Positions 38,989 to 49,285 of a stretch of 64,000 bases of DNA are shown piece after piece. A program made the position numbers and the translations under genes. The stretch is from a candidate division Kazan bacterium RIFCSPHIGHO2_01_FULL_44_14 (GTDB lineage: Bacteria; Patescibacteriota; Kazan-3B-28). Position 1 is the first letter of the stretch, and every line of letters begins with the position of its first letter. The notes beneath the pieces are model-generated. The model saw only the letters and a program-made list of their open reading frames with translations, made no database searches and was not told the origin of the DNA. The DNA lies in contig METB01000001.1 of assembly GCA_001771185.1 (NCBI GenBank), positions 310,848-374,847 of the forward strand, written 5' to 3'.

Positions 38989-39384
38989 TCAGCGGGATTT
39001 TTTTATGGGCTCCGAGACGAGAGCCGGCCTGATAGCACAGGCAGCCAACCAGGTCCCATGCCATCTAGCAACCAACTGGTCGAGATGGACAGACGAGTGG
39101 AGATCTCGTAACAAATCAGTGTAGATAATAAAGAATTCTTCTGGTGGCTCATCCGCCAAAATTTCCTGTGCAAAATCCGCCAGATCTATACTTGCGCGCC
39201 TGGTTGCTAGCGCCATACTCAAGAGAGGCCAGAACTCACTAGCGAAACCTGATTTGGTTTCATTAATGATTTCTTCTGGCAAACCCCGAGCGACTCTGGC
39301 TAATAGTAGGGGGCTTTCAACCTGACAAAGAGCGACAAGCTCGACGGCTTTGAGGTATGATTCCCGGTCTAACCATTCATTCAC
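38989..39384 (-). CDS. Hypothetical protein (orphan)
   Basis: GTG start 6 nt after GGAGGT; 131 aa. Confidence 0.55.
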   Translation of the reverse strand: MNEWLDRESYLKAVELVALCQVESPLLLARVARGLPEEIINETKSGFASEFWPLLSMALATRRASIDLADFAQEILADEPPEEFFIIYTDLLRDLHSSVHLDQLVARWHGTWLAACAIRPALVSEPIKKSR

Positions 39385-39492
39385 CACATCACCTCCAAAG
39401 AACAAAATATTTACCAGCATCAGCATGACTAACCAAAGGTCATCAGTCAACAGTTTCTTGGCTCTAGGAGCGAGGAAGCGTAAGATGGTGAT

Positions 39493-40623
39493 ATGAAACA
39501 AATTTACCTAGATTATTCCGCCAGCGCCCCTTTACGCCCAGAAGTGAAGACAGCGATGAGAAAAGCTGAAGCAGTTTTTGGCAATCCCAATAGTATTCAC
39601 GGGTCCGGTCGCGAAGCGCTCAACCTGGTTGACGCTTCCAGACGAGATATCGCCAGTATATTGGACTGTCAGCCCAATGAGATTATTTTCGCTGGCTCGG
39701 CCACCGAGGCCGACAACCTCGCCATTAAAGGAGTAGCTTTAAGCCAAAAGAAAGGACATGTCATTACCACCGCTATCGAACACAAGGCGGTATTAGAAAG
39801 CTACCATTGGTTAGAGGACCAGGGATTCGCCGTTAGTTATTTGGAACCTAACCACGAGGGGATGATTTTGGTCGAACAAATTGAATCAGCCATTCGACCC
39901 GATACAATTTTGGTGTCAGTCATGTATGCCAATAATGAAATCGGTACAATCCAACCAATCCGAGAAATTGGTAAATTAATCGAAGTATTAAATCGGGGAC
40001 GCACTCACCCAATTTTATTTCATACTGACGCAGTCCAAGCCGGCAACTATTTAAATTTAGATGTGAAATCGCTCCATGTGGACTTGCTGACTCTCTCTGG
40101 ACATAAACTTGGTGGGCCCAAGGGAGTGGGATTGTTGTTCGTTCGAAATGGAGTTAATTTAACCCCGCAAATCCATGGCGGAGGACAAGAGCGGGGGATA
40201 CGCTCGGGCACAATCAATGTAGTCGGAGTAGTTGGATTAACTACTGCAATTGAGTTAGCCCAAAAAAATAAAATCCGGGAAACTAAGCGATTGTCTGCCC
40301 TGCAGCGATATTTGATCAACGCTTTGCACCAAATGCCTGGAGTTGCAATCAACGGTTCAACTACTAACCGACTGCCGAATAATTTGAATTTCTCTGTGCC
40401 AAAAATAACTAGCGAGGAATTAGTGATTGGGTTAGACCGGCAGGGGATTGCGGTGTCGGCCGCATCGGCCTGTGCGGCTGGCAGTATTGAACCATCATAT
40501 GTATTATCGGCAATGGGGCTATCTCAATCGCGAATTAATTCGAGTGTACGAATAAGTTGGGGCTGGGAGACGACTAAAAGCGATTTAACCACATTGGTCA
40601 AATCGCTTAAAAACCTGGTCTAG
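39493..40623 (+). CDS. iscS: Cysteine desulfurase (IscS/NifS family)
   Basis: YLDYSA, NPNS.H, EHKAV, HTDAVQ, SGHKLGGPKGVG, ASAC. Confidence 0.92.
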   Translation: MKQIYLDYSASAPLRPEVKTAMRKAEAVFGNPNSIHGSGREALNLVDASRRDIASILDCQPNEIIFAGSATEADNLAIKGVALSQKKGHVITTAIEHKAVLESYHWLEDQGFAVSYLEPNHEGMILVEQIESAIRPDTILVSVMYANNEIGTIQPIREIGKLIEVLNRGRTHPILFHTDAVQAGNYLNLDVKSLHVDLLTLSGHKLGGPKGVGLLFVRNGVNLTPQIHGGGQERGIRSGTINVVGVVGLTTAIELAQKNKIRETKRLSALQRYLINALHQMPGVAINGSTTNRLPNNLNFSVPKITSEELVIGLDRQGIAVSAASACAAGSIEPSYVLSAMGLSQSRINSSVRISWGWETTKSDLTTLVKSLKNLV

Positions 40624-40686
40624 AAAAGCAAAAAACACTTCCCCCATGGAGTGTTTTTTGCATTCGTGCGCACTAAAAGCAAAAAA

Positions 40687-40866
40687 TTATTTGCGTGCGC
40701 GGCGACGTCTGCGTTTTGGAGCTGCCTTCTTGACAGCGGCCTTACGGCGACGCACTACTCTACGCTTCTTCGGAGCGGCTTTCTTCGCAGTCGTCTTGCG
40801 ACGGCGACGTACCACTCTTTTCTTTGGGGCAGCTTTCTTGGCTGCTTTCCGTCTGCGTACTACCAT
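40687..40866 (-). CDS. Histone H1/protamine-like basic protein
   Basis: 59 aa, 34 K/R, three VVRRR(R)K..KKAAPK repeats; terminator 40630-40659. Confidence 0.7.
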   Translation of the reverse strand: MVVRRRKAAKKAAPKKRVVRRRRKTTAKKAAPKKRRVVRRRKAAVKKAAPKRRRRRARK

Positions 40867-40993
40867 GGAAACCCCCATGTGTTTAATAATATACTCTATG
40901 TTATTGTACTTTCGACAAATACAATCCTTCACTAAAAATTATACGGCGATTGTTTTAGTAATACAATGTATTTCAACTATTTTTTATCCAAAT

Positions 40994-41027
40994 TACAATA
41001 TCCCCGCTCACATGAGCGGGGATATTG
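40994..41027 (-). terminator. Long hairpin downstream of rplY
   Basis: acaatatccccgctca-ca-tgagcggggatattgt. Confidence 0.6.
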
Positions 41028-41054
41028 TGCGAATAAATGTTAACCTGTAAAAAA

Positions 41055-41741
41055 TTATTCGTCTTTTTTCGACTCGCTTCCGCTCTCGCCTGGAGTTTCT
41101 TCACCATCCACTTTTTCCGCGGTGGCTTCGACACCGGCGACGGCTTCTTCTTCGCTAATTGGCGCAACTTCTACTTCTTCAGCGCGTTGTGGAGTTACAA
41201 CCACAATCACTTCTTCTGGCTCATCTAATATTTCCACGCCAACCGGGGCCTTAACATTTTTAACTAAAATAGAATCGTCAATCTTCTGCAAAACCGACAA
41301 GTCGAGAGTGAATTCATGCGGTAAGTCCTTCGGCAGACATTCAACTTCTAATTTATCTTTGCTGGTTAAAAGTACGCCATCAAAGGTCTCAATCGCCGGG
41401 GCCTCACCTTCAAACACTAACGGGACTTCGGCTTTAATCTTTTCGTCCAACCGCACTTGATAAAAATCCAAATGAGTAAGGGCACCGGTCCTGGGATCGA
41501 ACTGGTGGTCTTTGATTAGCACAGTCCGTTCGCCTTCACCTTCGATATTGAGATTAATTAGTGAACTACTGCCGGCTTGATGGAGAATCTTCCCGGCATC
41601 AGCCGTATCAGCCAAGACCGCTACTGGAGCGTTGTTCTTACCATAAACCACGCCTGGGACCTGTCCCTGGCGTCTTAAGACGTCCGGCTTGGTGTCAGCC
41701 GGTCTGGTGGCTACCTTCAGATTATATTCGCCAATACCCAT
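41055..41741 (-). CDS. rplY: 50S ribosomal protein bL25/Ctc
   Basis: LRRQG.VPGVVYG, HLDFY, VPL.F.GEAPA, CLP..LP, acidic tail. Confidence 0.93.
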   Translation of the reverse strand: MGIGEYNLKVATRPADTKPDVLRRQGQVPGVVYGKNNAPVAVLADTADAGKILHQAGSSSLINLNIEGEGERTVLIKDHQFDPRTGALTHLDFYQVRLDEKIKAEVPLVFEGEAPAIETFDGVLLTSKDKLEVECLPKDLPHEFTLDLSVLQKIDDSILVKNVKAPVGVEILDEPEEVIVVVTPQRAEEVEVAPISEEEAVAGVEATAEKVDGEETPGESGSESKKDE

Positions 41742-41780
41742 AACAGGAGAATCTTATACCGAACCGCCACCTAGAGTCAA

Positions 41781-41850
41781 CCCGGTAGAAGAAATTTGAT
41801 TGCGCTTTGCGCCGACGCCTAAAAGGGCATATCAAATTTTCTCTACTGGG
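41781..41850. mobile_element. MITE-like element at the rplY -35 box (4-bp duplication TTGA)
   Basis: tcaa|cccggtagaagaaatttgat...atcaaattttctctactggg|tcaa. Confidence 0.75.
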
Positions 41851-41922
41851 TCAACTATGGGGAATTGGACACAAAAAGGACGGGTGGATTGCTCTAACCC
41901 GTCCACCTATAAGATTAAGTGC

Positions 41923-42372
41923 TTAAGGAATTCTAATTACCCTTGAGAAATCACCATCAAATTCTTTCAGATACTCGTGGGTATCTAACACATCATCATA
42001 CGATATCGGGTTGAGAGCAGAGAAGAGTTCTTCGGCGGGGATACCCTCGACCGATATCTCGCGGGGCTCGGCATCACCCAGAGAGCGGTAATCAAAGCCC
42101 TCTAGTGATTCTGGCTCCATTGATTTCATATCTGACAAGGCAACATCGTCAGCTGTTACTTCAGTTGAAATGATTTCGCCTGATTCATTAGCCAAAGCCA
42201 CGCTCGCAAAAACCGGAGTATGGCAATCAGCACATCTCATATGCAGGAAAGTCATACTGTCCAGCTGCCCCAAATAATGGATGTCTTCCGGGGTATATTT
42301 AGCCGAACAATGGGGGCACCGCATGATGTCCTGGAGATTATGAACGAGACGCTCAAACTGCTGGTTGTTCAT
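41923..42372 (-). CDS. Zn-ribbon hypothetical protein
   Basis: CPHC...CADC, C-terminal DDVLD.H..L..FDGDF; TTGACA-17-TATGAT promoter 42443-42415. Confidence 0.75.
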   Translation of the reverse strand: MNNQQFERLVHNLQDIMRCPHCSAKYTPEDIHYLGQLDSMTFLHMRCADCHTPVFASVALANESGEIISTEVTADDVALSDMKSMEPESLEGFDYRSLGDAEPREISVEGIPAEELFSALNPISYDDVLDTHEYLKEFDGDFSRVIRIP

Positions 42373-42449
42373 TTTAGTTTTTGTTTTAATTTTGGAGCGC
42401 CAGGGGATTATTTCATCATACAATAAAATCCTTTTCTTGTCAAGAGTAT

Positions 42450-43472
42450 CTAAGGTGTAAATCGCCTAAAATGCAGGACCAGACGGACTATTCCGGCTAA
42501 GACCAATATTACAATCCCAAGAGTAATCAACTTCAGCCAAGTTCCGGACATCAAAGCCACTAAACCGAAGCCAAAAGTCAGCAAATAGATAAGCCCGACT
42601 ACTGTTCGTTGACCCAGACCCAAATCTAACAGCAGGTGGTGAAGATGTTCGCGGTCAGCTGACCAGGGGGCTCGACCACTTTTGATGCGCCGAATCATCG
42701 ACCAGGCGAAATCAACTATCGGAAGGCCTAACACTAACACGGCCGTAGCAACTTTCCCGCCACTAATAATTGCTAAGGTCGCAATCATAAAACCAAGCAG
42801 GTGACTGCCTGAATCGCCCATAAACAGTTTGGCTGGATGCCAGTTATAAACCAAGAACCCCAGTGATGCGGCAGCCACAATTGAAGCCCAAATGGCCACA
42901 TCTGGTTGATTAACAATTGCAAATAAACTCAAAACCGCTAATATCCCAGCCGAAATAGCGCTGACCCCGCTCGCTAGACCGTCTAACCCATCTAAAAAAT
43001 TAACTGTGTTTACGATTAGCAAAATCCAAATCAGCGTCAATATAATATCGATTACCGGCGCCAGCAAAATTGTTCCACCTAGTGGATTAGTCAAATTAGT
43101 AATCGTAATTCCAAACATCACCGGGATAGTGGCCGAGGTAAATTGGCCGAGTAGTTTGACAGGTGGGGGAAGATTATATAAGTCATCTAGTAAACCAAGG
43201 ATAAAGAATGCCGTCCCACCCAAGAAAACGCCATAGAGTCGAGGGTCGAGACGAAAGAAAATTATTAACGACAGCATTATTCCCAAAAAGACAGCCACAC
43301 CGCCCAACCGAACCATTGGCCGAGTATGCACCCGCCGAGTCGAAGCGGGGACATCAAGTAATTTCCATTTAGTCGCCAACTTTAAAACAATCGGAGTAGC
43401 CACTATCACAATTCCACCAGCCACTAAAGCGCTAAGCGATAATTGAATCCAGGGGATAGGAATAAGATTCAT
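42450..43472 (-). CDS. Undecaprenyl-phosphate GlcNAc-1-phosphate transferase (WecA/TagO, GT4 family)
   Basis: R.GG, LGLLDD, NFLDGLDGL, FMGDSGS, DREHLHH. Confidence 0.92.
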   Translation of the reverse strand: MNLIPIPWIQLSLSALVAGGIVIVATPIVLKLATKWKLLDVPASTRRVHTRPMVRLGGVAVFLGIMLSLIIFFRLDPRLYGVFLGGTAFFILGLLDDLYNLPPPVKLLGQFTSATIPVMFGITITNLTNPLGGTILLAPVIDIILTLIWILLIVNTVNFLDGLDGLASGVSAISAGILAVLSLFAIVNQPDVAIWASIVAAASLGFLVYNWHPAKLFMGDSGSHLLGFMIATLAIISGGKVATAVLVLGLPIVDFAWSMIRRIKSGRAPWSADREHLHHLLLDLGLGQRTVVGLIYLLTFGFGLVALMSGTWLKLITLGIVILVLAGIVRLVLHFRRFTP

Positions 43473-43555
43473 TGAGAAAGTGAAAAGTTAAAAGTTAAAA
43501 GTTGAGGAATTCCGGCGGAGCCGAAAATTTGATACAAAACATAGAGAACGGAGAA

Positions 43556-43855
43556 TTAGGATGCTACCAATCCAAGGATGGTTGCGCGATTGTCATTGTC
43601 GGCGACTTTGTTCTTTTTGGTTATTCCGCACCGAAGACAACGATGAACTATGTCATATTCTTGGGCTTTGCTCTCTACCCCAACTGGCTCCATCATACCG
43701 CCACAGTTATTGCTTCTGTCGCCCGGGATATTATCAACATGCTTACTCCAAAGACATTTGGAGCAATGATTGGTGTAGCCAGTGCCTTTCACCTCAAGTC
43801 CGCAATGTTCACAAACAAAATCCTCGAGGGTTCGAATAAAGTTTTTTCTAAGCAT
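43556..43855 (-). CDS. RNHCP domain protein
   Basis: F.CEHCG, YTNHCSKCLWSKHVD..PGDR...CGG.M.P, HRC..CG. Confidence 0.9.
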   Translation of the reverse strand: MLRKNFIRTLEDFVCEHCGLEVKGTGYTNHCSKCLWSKHVDNIPGDRSNNCGGMMEPVGVESKAQEYDIVHRCLRCGITKKNKVADNDNRATILGLVAS

Positions 43856-43936
43856 CCTGTTAGGAATCAACCTAGCGTTTATAAATAGATTCTGCTTGCT
43901 TGCCCTCGACTGTCCCGATAGGTGATTTCTAACGGG
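43856..43936. mobile_element. Related MITE-like element abutting the RNHCP start codon
   Basis: cctgttaggaatca...tgatttctaacggg imperfect TIRs; no clean target duplication. Confidence 0.55.
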
Positions 43937-43963
43937 ACAGGTTACCTCCATCATATAAGAAAA

Positions 43964-43990
43964 AGACACCGGTTGGCAGAACCGGTGTCT
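43964..43990 (-). terminator. Intrinsic terminator
   Basis: agacaccggtt-ggcag-aaccggtgtct with A tract. Confidence 0.75.
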
Positions 43991-44004
43991 AATTAATGAG
44001 CGCA

Positions 44005-45108
44005 TTACTCTTTGGGGTCGGAGGCGCCGGTGTTGAGCGATATCTTATTCTCGCTAAGCTCGGCGAGACGTTCTTGATCAAATTCCCAACGACTTGCGGG
44101 ATGCTTGAACTCTTTGAAGGAGAGTTCTTTGCCGTCCCACTTCAACCGCACTACCGGGTAGGGAACCTCGTCGCTTCGTTCGGCATAGTGAGCATGGATC
44201 TCGCATCCCTGCTCAAGCGTAATCAAAGCAAACTTGGGGGAGTAGATGTTCCCTCCGTGAATGGACTCCTTCTCGGTTAGACGATCTAACTGTCCCCGAT
44301 TATGATCACGAAAGATTCTATCCTGTTTCTCCTCGATTGCAAGCAACCGAAACCCGGTCGGTGAGCCATCCCAGTCCCAATAGCCATTATCCCGAGTGTC
44401 ACGAGGACCACCGCGAATAATCATTGGACCTTCTGTCCAAATCCGTTTGCCGGTTACCCGGTAAAGATTAGTGACCGCCAAGATTACTCCACCACTTTTG
44501 CCCTCTTGGTATGGCACTGCCAGTTGATGACCAGACATAATGCTAGTTAAAGACATCCGGTCTGGACGAGGGTAGATGATGACAACATGTTCCCTGCAAA
44601 CATCATCCTCATCCCCAAGATTAATCAACTCACTCAAATCAAGCCATGGGCAGTTGAAAGACGCTTCGCCCAATTTAATCCGACGCTGGCCCTCAAGATT
44701 TTGGATTTGGATGCCTTTTTCAGCTACTTGGGTCGCCACATCTACTGTAAAAGCGCAATAAACCGTTTCCTGCGCCTTGGCCGAGGCATTAATCACATAG
44801 CAAAATACCAACTGTCCATCACTGGACTTAGATGCTTTTGCTCGCAACACCATCCCCTTGCCAACTAGCCGAAGATCGACCGCGTCCTGCGGTGCCTTCT
44901 TGGCCGGATTCGCTACCTCGCCAGTACCTTTGCAAAAACCGCAAGTGGTGGATGGTTCATGCATCCCCACATTCTGACGCCCACACCCGTCACAGCCCCT
45001 GCACTTGATTCGGTCATCAACCAGTATCGCTTGTTCATGGCGCCATCGCCACTCTGCTAACTCACGAAGTTGGTCATTTGAAAGATAGGACAAAATCACG
45101 CTGTCCAC
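44005..45108 (-). CDS. Hypothetical protein with DnaJ-like CxxCxGxG zinc motif
   Basis: CRGCDGCG...CGFCKGTG; GGAGGT SD. Confidence 0.7.
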   Translation of the reverse strand: MDSVILSYLSNDQLRELAEWRWRHEQAILVDDRIKCRGCDGCGRQNVGMHEPSTTCGFCKGTGEVANPAKKAPQDAVDLRLVGKGMVLRAKASKSSDGQLVFCYVINASAKAQETVYCAFTVDVATQVAEKGIQIQNLEGQRRIKLGEASFNCPWLDLSELINLGDEDDVCREHVVIIYPRPDRMSLTSIMSGHQLAVPYQEGKSGGVILAVTNLYRVTGKRIWTEGPMIIRGGPRDTRDNGYWDWDGSPTGFRLLAIEEKQDRIFRDHNRGQLDRLTEKESIHGGNIYSPKFALITLEQGCEIHAHYAERSDEVPYPVVRLKWDGKELSFKEFKHPASRWEFDQERLAELSENKISLNTGASDPKE

Positions 45109-45196
45109 TATTTTTACCTCCTAAGCAGTTAAAGTACAAAAATAACTGACAGGTCATTGTATCACCCCTGTAGTAGAAATCTAGCCAAGCCAATTC

Positions 45197-46090
45197 CTAT
45201 TGGCTCGGGGAAGAAACTGCTGGATTTGCACTACGGGGCAGAATCCGGTATTTGGCCCCGTCAGTGGCTACCTCAATCGTCCCATTTTGGTCAGTCCGAT
45301 AGACCGTCGCCCCAGAATCCTTCAGATGGTTAAGGGTGGTTGGGGTGGGGTGACCGAAGTTATTATTGACCCCAACCTCAATCACGGCAATTTCTGGATC
45401 GGCAACCGACAAAAAGGCCGGGCTAGTGGAATATTGGCTGCCATGGTGACCAACCTTTAACACATCCACATCGGAAACGGTGCTGCTGGCCAACAATGCC
45501 TGTTCGTTATTCGCACTGGCGTCACCCATAAACAAAGCCGAAAAATTACCATAGCGCAACTGCGTAATAAGCGATGTCTCGTTGGGGTCTTGGCTGAACG
45601 ACTGGCCAGCGATTGGCCAGAGTAAGTCCAATCTGGTATCGCCAAAATCATATTTTTGGCCAGCAGACGCAATTTGGATAGTAATGTTTTGTTTCGCCAG
45701 TGCGCTCAATAAATTTTCATAGGTAGTAGTCGAGTAGGGTGCCCCACTGTAAATAAATTGTTCAACCGAGTAGCGCTGGAGTACTGTTAACAGTCCAGCC
45801 ACATGATCGGCGTGGGGGTGAGTCAGAATAACCAAATCCAACTGACGATCCCAGGCCGGGAGAACGCTATCCAGTTGCCCAACCACACTTCCATCCGGCC
45901 CACCATCAATCAAAATATGTTTGTGGTCGGCGGTTGAAATTAAAATCGCGTCGCCTTGCCCTACATCTAAAAAGTAGATATGCAATAGTTCGTCTGGCTT
46001 GGCATAGGCAAACCAAGTCACTGCCAAATCGGCGAGCAAGAAACCCACCATCAACCAATGGACAAATTTAAGCCGTAACTTTTTTAACAT
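45197..46090 (-). CDS. ComEC/Rec2 metallo-beta-lactamase domain protein
   Basis: LDVGQGDA, THPHADH, KVGHHGS, GHP, RTD.NG. Confidence 0.92.
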   Translation of the reverse strand: MLKKLRLKFVHWLMVGFLLADLAVTWFAYAKPDELLHIYFLDVGQGDAILISTADHKHILIDGGPDGSVVGQLDSVLPAWDRQLDLVILTHPHADHVAGLLTVLQRYSVEQFIYSGAPYSTTTYENLLSALAKQNITIQIASAGQKYDFGDTRLDLLWPIAGQSFSQDPNETSLITQLRYGNFSALFMGDASANNEQALLASSTVSDVDVLKVGHHGSQYSTSPAFLSVADPEIAVIEVGVNNNFGHPTPTTLNHLKDSGATVYRTDQNGTIEVATDGAKYRILPRSANPAVSSPSQ

Positions 46091-47516
46091 AAGGCAGTCG
46101 AGCTAACATAATAATTAGTATCAAATAATAGGCCACCGGGAAAAGGGGAGACAGTTTTGGAACTTGAACGAAAGCCCCCGGCAAGTGACCGAAGAAATTA
46201 ATAATCGTAATTAACAAACTGGTTGGGGCTAGTGCCATCAACCCGATTAGTTTCATAAAAGGTAAGACAGCAAAAATTGCCACACTCACAAAACCAACCA
46301 GCATGGTGATTGGGATAAGCGGAATCACCAACAAATTAGCTAGCAGGGTAACTATCGAGAAACCACCAAAATGAAACATTACTAAGGGTAAAGTAAACAC
46401 CGTGGCGGATAAAGTGGTGGATAACCCTTCTCGCAAAACCGCTGGCCAGCGAGACAAGAGATTACTGAATAGTGGGGTAAGGTACAGTAAGCCGATTGTG
46501 GCTGAAAGCGACAATTGGAAACCAACATCGGATTGCAAAATTAGAGGATTGATTGCGACCATAAAGACCCCGGCCAACAAAATCGCATTGGCCATGTGTC
46601 GTTTCCGCCCCCAAAGAGCAGTCAGCAACAATATCCAACCCATAATCGCAGCCCGAACTACTGAAGCGGCCGCTCCGGTCATTAACACAAACAATAGAAC
46701 TCCGATGCCGGCTCCGAGCAATGCCCACCGCCGACGCAGATGTTTCATCATCCATAAAAAGAATCCGACCACCACCGTAATGTTATAACCAGATAGTGCC
46801 ACAATGTGAGTTGTCCCCGAATTTCGCAAAGCAGTTTTAAAATCGTCCGGCAGTTGGATTCGCATACCCAAGAGCAATCCATCCATCAATGAACTCTGGG
46901 GTTCGGGAAGTAACTGATTAATTTTCCCCTCGAGCCAATGTTTAATTTGATACAGTCCACGGAGGAGATAAAAGTGGCGGGAACCAATCACGGAAATTTC
47001 AGCTTGAGATTGAGCGAGAGCATAAACACCTTCTTTGGCTAAATAGGCGGGATAATCAAAATCATCGGTAATTTCCGGCAGAGTAATCTTGCCGGTGAAT
47101 TTCAACCTGTCGCCATATTGATACCGCGGTAACTGCCAAGTGGTGAGCAAGACCTCGCCGACGGCTGGTTGTGAATTGACCGAATTAATTCGGAGCTGAA
47201 AATTCTGTTGGGTCCCATTAAAGTCCGGGTCACTAACTGCCGTGCCGACCATCTCAACCGTTTGCCCCGCCCATCGACTGACATTATTATTTGGTAAAAC
47301 CGCCACCGCATCGTACCGCCACCAACCCAGCAACAAGAAAATTCCGCACAGCGTTCCCAGTTTAATCGCTGGCCTGGGTGACAACCCAAACACTACCCCT
47401 AGAAGCACTAGACCGATAACGACAGTTACCCATGGTAATCCAAACCTCGAAGCCACTAAAACCCCCAAGAGAAATCCGAGGCCAGTAGCGGTCACCCATT
47501 GGTGTGGACGAATCAC
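46068..47516 (-). CDS. comEC: ComEC competence membrane channel domain protein
   Basis: FDY..YL, G.THIVALSGYN, SVVRAAIM, GFQLS. Confidence 0.92.
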   Translation of the reverse strand: MIRPHQWVTATGLGFLLGVLVASRFGLPWVTVVIGLVLLGVVFGLSPRPAIKLGTLCGIFLLLGWWRYDAVAVLPNNNVSRWAGQTVEMVGTAVSDPDFNGTQQNFQLRINSVNSQPAVGEVLLTTWQLPRYQYGDRLKFTGKITLPEITDDFDYPAYLAKEGVYALAQSQAEISVIGSRHFYLLRGLYQIKHWLEGKINQLLPEPQSSLMDGLLLGMRIQLPDDFKTALRNSGTTHIVALSGYNITVVVGFFLWMMKHLRRRWALLGAGIGVLLFVLMTGAAASVVRAAIMGWILLLTALWGRKRHMANAILLAGVFMVAINPLILQSDVGFQLSLSATIGLLYLTPLFSNLLSRWPAVLREGLSTTLSATVFTLPLVMFHFGGFSIVTLLANLLVIPLIPITMLVGFVSVAIFAVLPFMKLIGLMALAPTSLLITIINFFGHLPGAFVQVPKLSPLFPVAYYLILIIMLARLPYVKKVTA

Positions 47517-48502
47517 TGCAGATACTTCGCCTTATTGGCGTTATGTTCGTCGAGGGTCTTAGCGTAATATATCACGCCCTCCGGGTCAGTCAGATAATAT
47601 AAATAATCAGAAGCAGCAGGGGAGAGCACGGCCTGGATTGAAGCCAACCCTGGGTTACAAATTGGTCCTGGCGGAAGCCCAGCCACTTTGCGGGTATTAT
47701 AGGGAGAATTGATATTTAAATCGGCTTGAGTAATTGGCCTAGTCCAATTTTCGGTGATATATCGGACGGTGGCATCAACATCCAACCGCATGCCTTTTTT
47801 CAGTCGATTGATCAAAATGCCGGCCACCATTTTTCGGCTCGGGTCAGTCCTGGCCTCTTTTTCAATCAGAGAGGCCAAAGTCACAATTTGATGCAAAGTA
47901 TATTTGGACGATTTTAATTGAGTGTCTACCGTGGCAATCCGTTGTTTGAAGTTATCAAGCAACTGTACTAGCAAATCCCGAACCGGTGTACCCTGATTCA
48001 TGTTGTAAGTGTCGGGAAAGAGATATCCTTCCAACGAATTGTCGGGACGGGAGGTGAGAAAAGTAAAATCGGGCGGGAAGTTGTCAGCCGCTTTCAGAAA
48101 ATCAGTCGCCATGATAATATTTTTCTTTTCTAAAAGTTCGGCAATCTGGTTTGTAGTGTAGCCCTCTGGAATGGTCACTCTGGCGGTAGCAGTTTGGTTG
48201 TGGACAATGATGTAAGCGATTTGCCACGCATCCATCCGCGGGGAAACATTATAAGTCCCGAACTGGACTACGCCAGTCCGATTTAATTTAAACGCCACCT
48301 GTGTCCCAAAAGTGGATCGAATAAAACCCTGGTCCGATAAATTCGCCACAATATCGGCAATCGTGTCATCCCGTTCGACTGCGAACAGGGTCTGATTTTC
48401 GGCCTGGAAATCTTTCGGAGCGAACCAGACCAAGTAGGCGCTAATCATCACTATGACTAGCGCCCCCAGGATAGTTAAAAGAATGGTTTGTTTCTTAGCC
48501 AA
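47513..48502 (-). CDS. mltG: Endolytic transglycosylase MltG
   Basis: TIPEG, LEGYLFPDTY, ASLIEKE, SPYNT...GLPPGPI.NPG, YLYY. Confidence 0.95.
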   Translation of the reverse strand: MAKKQTILLTILGALVIVMISAYLVWFAPKDFQAENQTLFAVERDDTIADIVANLSDQGFIRSTFGTQVAFKLNRTGVVQFGTYNVSPRMDAWQIAYIIVHNQTATARVTIPEGYTTNQIAELLEKKNIIMATDFLKAADNFPPDFTFLTSRPDNSLEGYLFPDTYNMNQGTPVRDLLVQLLDNFKQRIATVDTQLKSSKYTLHQIVTLASLIEKEARTDPSRKMVAGILINRLKKGMRLDVDATVRYITENWTRPITQADLNINSPYNTRKVAGLPPGPICNPGLASIQAVLSPAASDYLYYLTDPEGVIYYAKTLDEHNANKAKYLQ

Positions 48503-48508
48503 AGCCGT

Positions 48509-48694
48509 TTACCGGTTTTGCATAATCTCTTTGAATGCGACCAAGACCAACAGGACTGGCCAGTAGGCCAACAGTACCCGGTCAACCAAACCCAAGTTGA
48601 TCAACAAAACCACCACCCCGACCACCAAGAGAATCAGTTGGTCAAACATATCCATTTCACCGAACAGGAAATGATTGTGCGGACCTTTCGCCAT
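48509..48694 (-). CDS. Small membrane protein (LiaI/LiaF-like)
   Basis: GVV.LLINLG....YWPVLLV; AAGGAG SD. Confidence 0.6.
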   Translation of the reverse strand: MAKGPHNHFLFGEMDMFDQLILLVVGVVVLLINLGLVDRVLLAYWPVLLVLVAFKEIMQNR

Positions 48695-48721
48695 GATAAC
48701 TCCTTAAATAATTACTTAATA

Positions 48722-49285
48722 TTATTTACCCAACAGTTTGAGCGCGTATTTGATTCGGTCTTCCGTATCGGATAAATCTTTGGGGATGTCGGACAGAATT
48801 TGCTTGACCTCATATGCATTATACCCCAGCGAGGTAAGCGCAGTAAGTAAATCACGCGCATCACCGGCGAATTTGGTGTCGTTAAAATCCAATTTGCCTT
48901 TCAATTCAACGATAATTCGTTCAGCAGTTTTTTTACCAATCCCGCTAATAGTAGTGAAAATTGCTACTTCACCGCCGGCGATTGCTGAACGAAGTTCCTC
49001 GACTTTCCCGGCGTTCAGAACCCCGAGAGCACTTCTTGGACCCACCCCAGACACCCCAATTAATTGGGTGAAAAAGTTTAGTTCGGCTTCGGTCAAAAAT
49101 CCGTACAAACTCATCTGATCTTCCCGCACCACCAAGTAGGTAAGTAAACTGACGGGAGCGTTAATCGAATAATCAGCCACAACTGCATGAGTGGTCGAAA
49201 CTTTATACCCGACTCCACTAGAAGTAGCAATTAACAACCAATCGAGTCCTTTGGATTGAACTGTGCCGGAGATACTAGCAATCAT
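48722..49285 (-). CDS. ruvA: Holliday junction branch migration protein RuvA
   Basis: GVGY, VRED...LYGF, VSGVGP, GIGKKTAERI. Confidence 0.96.
   Translation of the reverse strand: MIASISGTVQSKGLDWLLIATSSGVGYKVSTTHAVVADYSINAPVSLLTYLVVREDQMSLYGFLTEAELNFFTQLIGVSGVGPRSALGVLNAGKVEELRSAIAGGEVAIFTTISGIGKKTAERIIVELKGKLDFNDTKFAGDARDLLTALTSLGYNAYEVKQILSDIPKDLSDTEDRIKYALKLLGK

Noticed and set aside
45197-47516. Frameshifted comEC pseudogene
   Set aside because: Both parts are intact, overlapping ORFs and the second has its own N-terminal anchor; a split ComEC is a known arrangement
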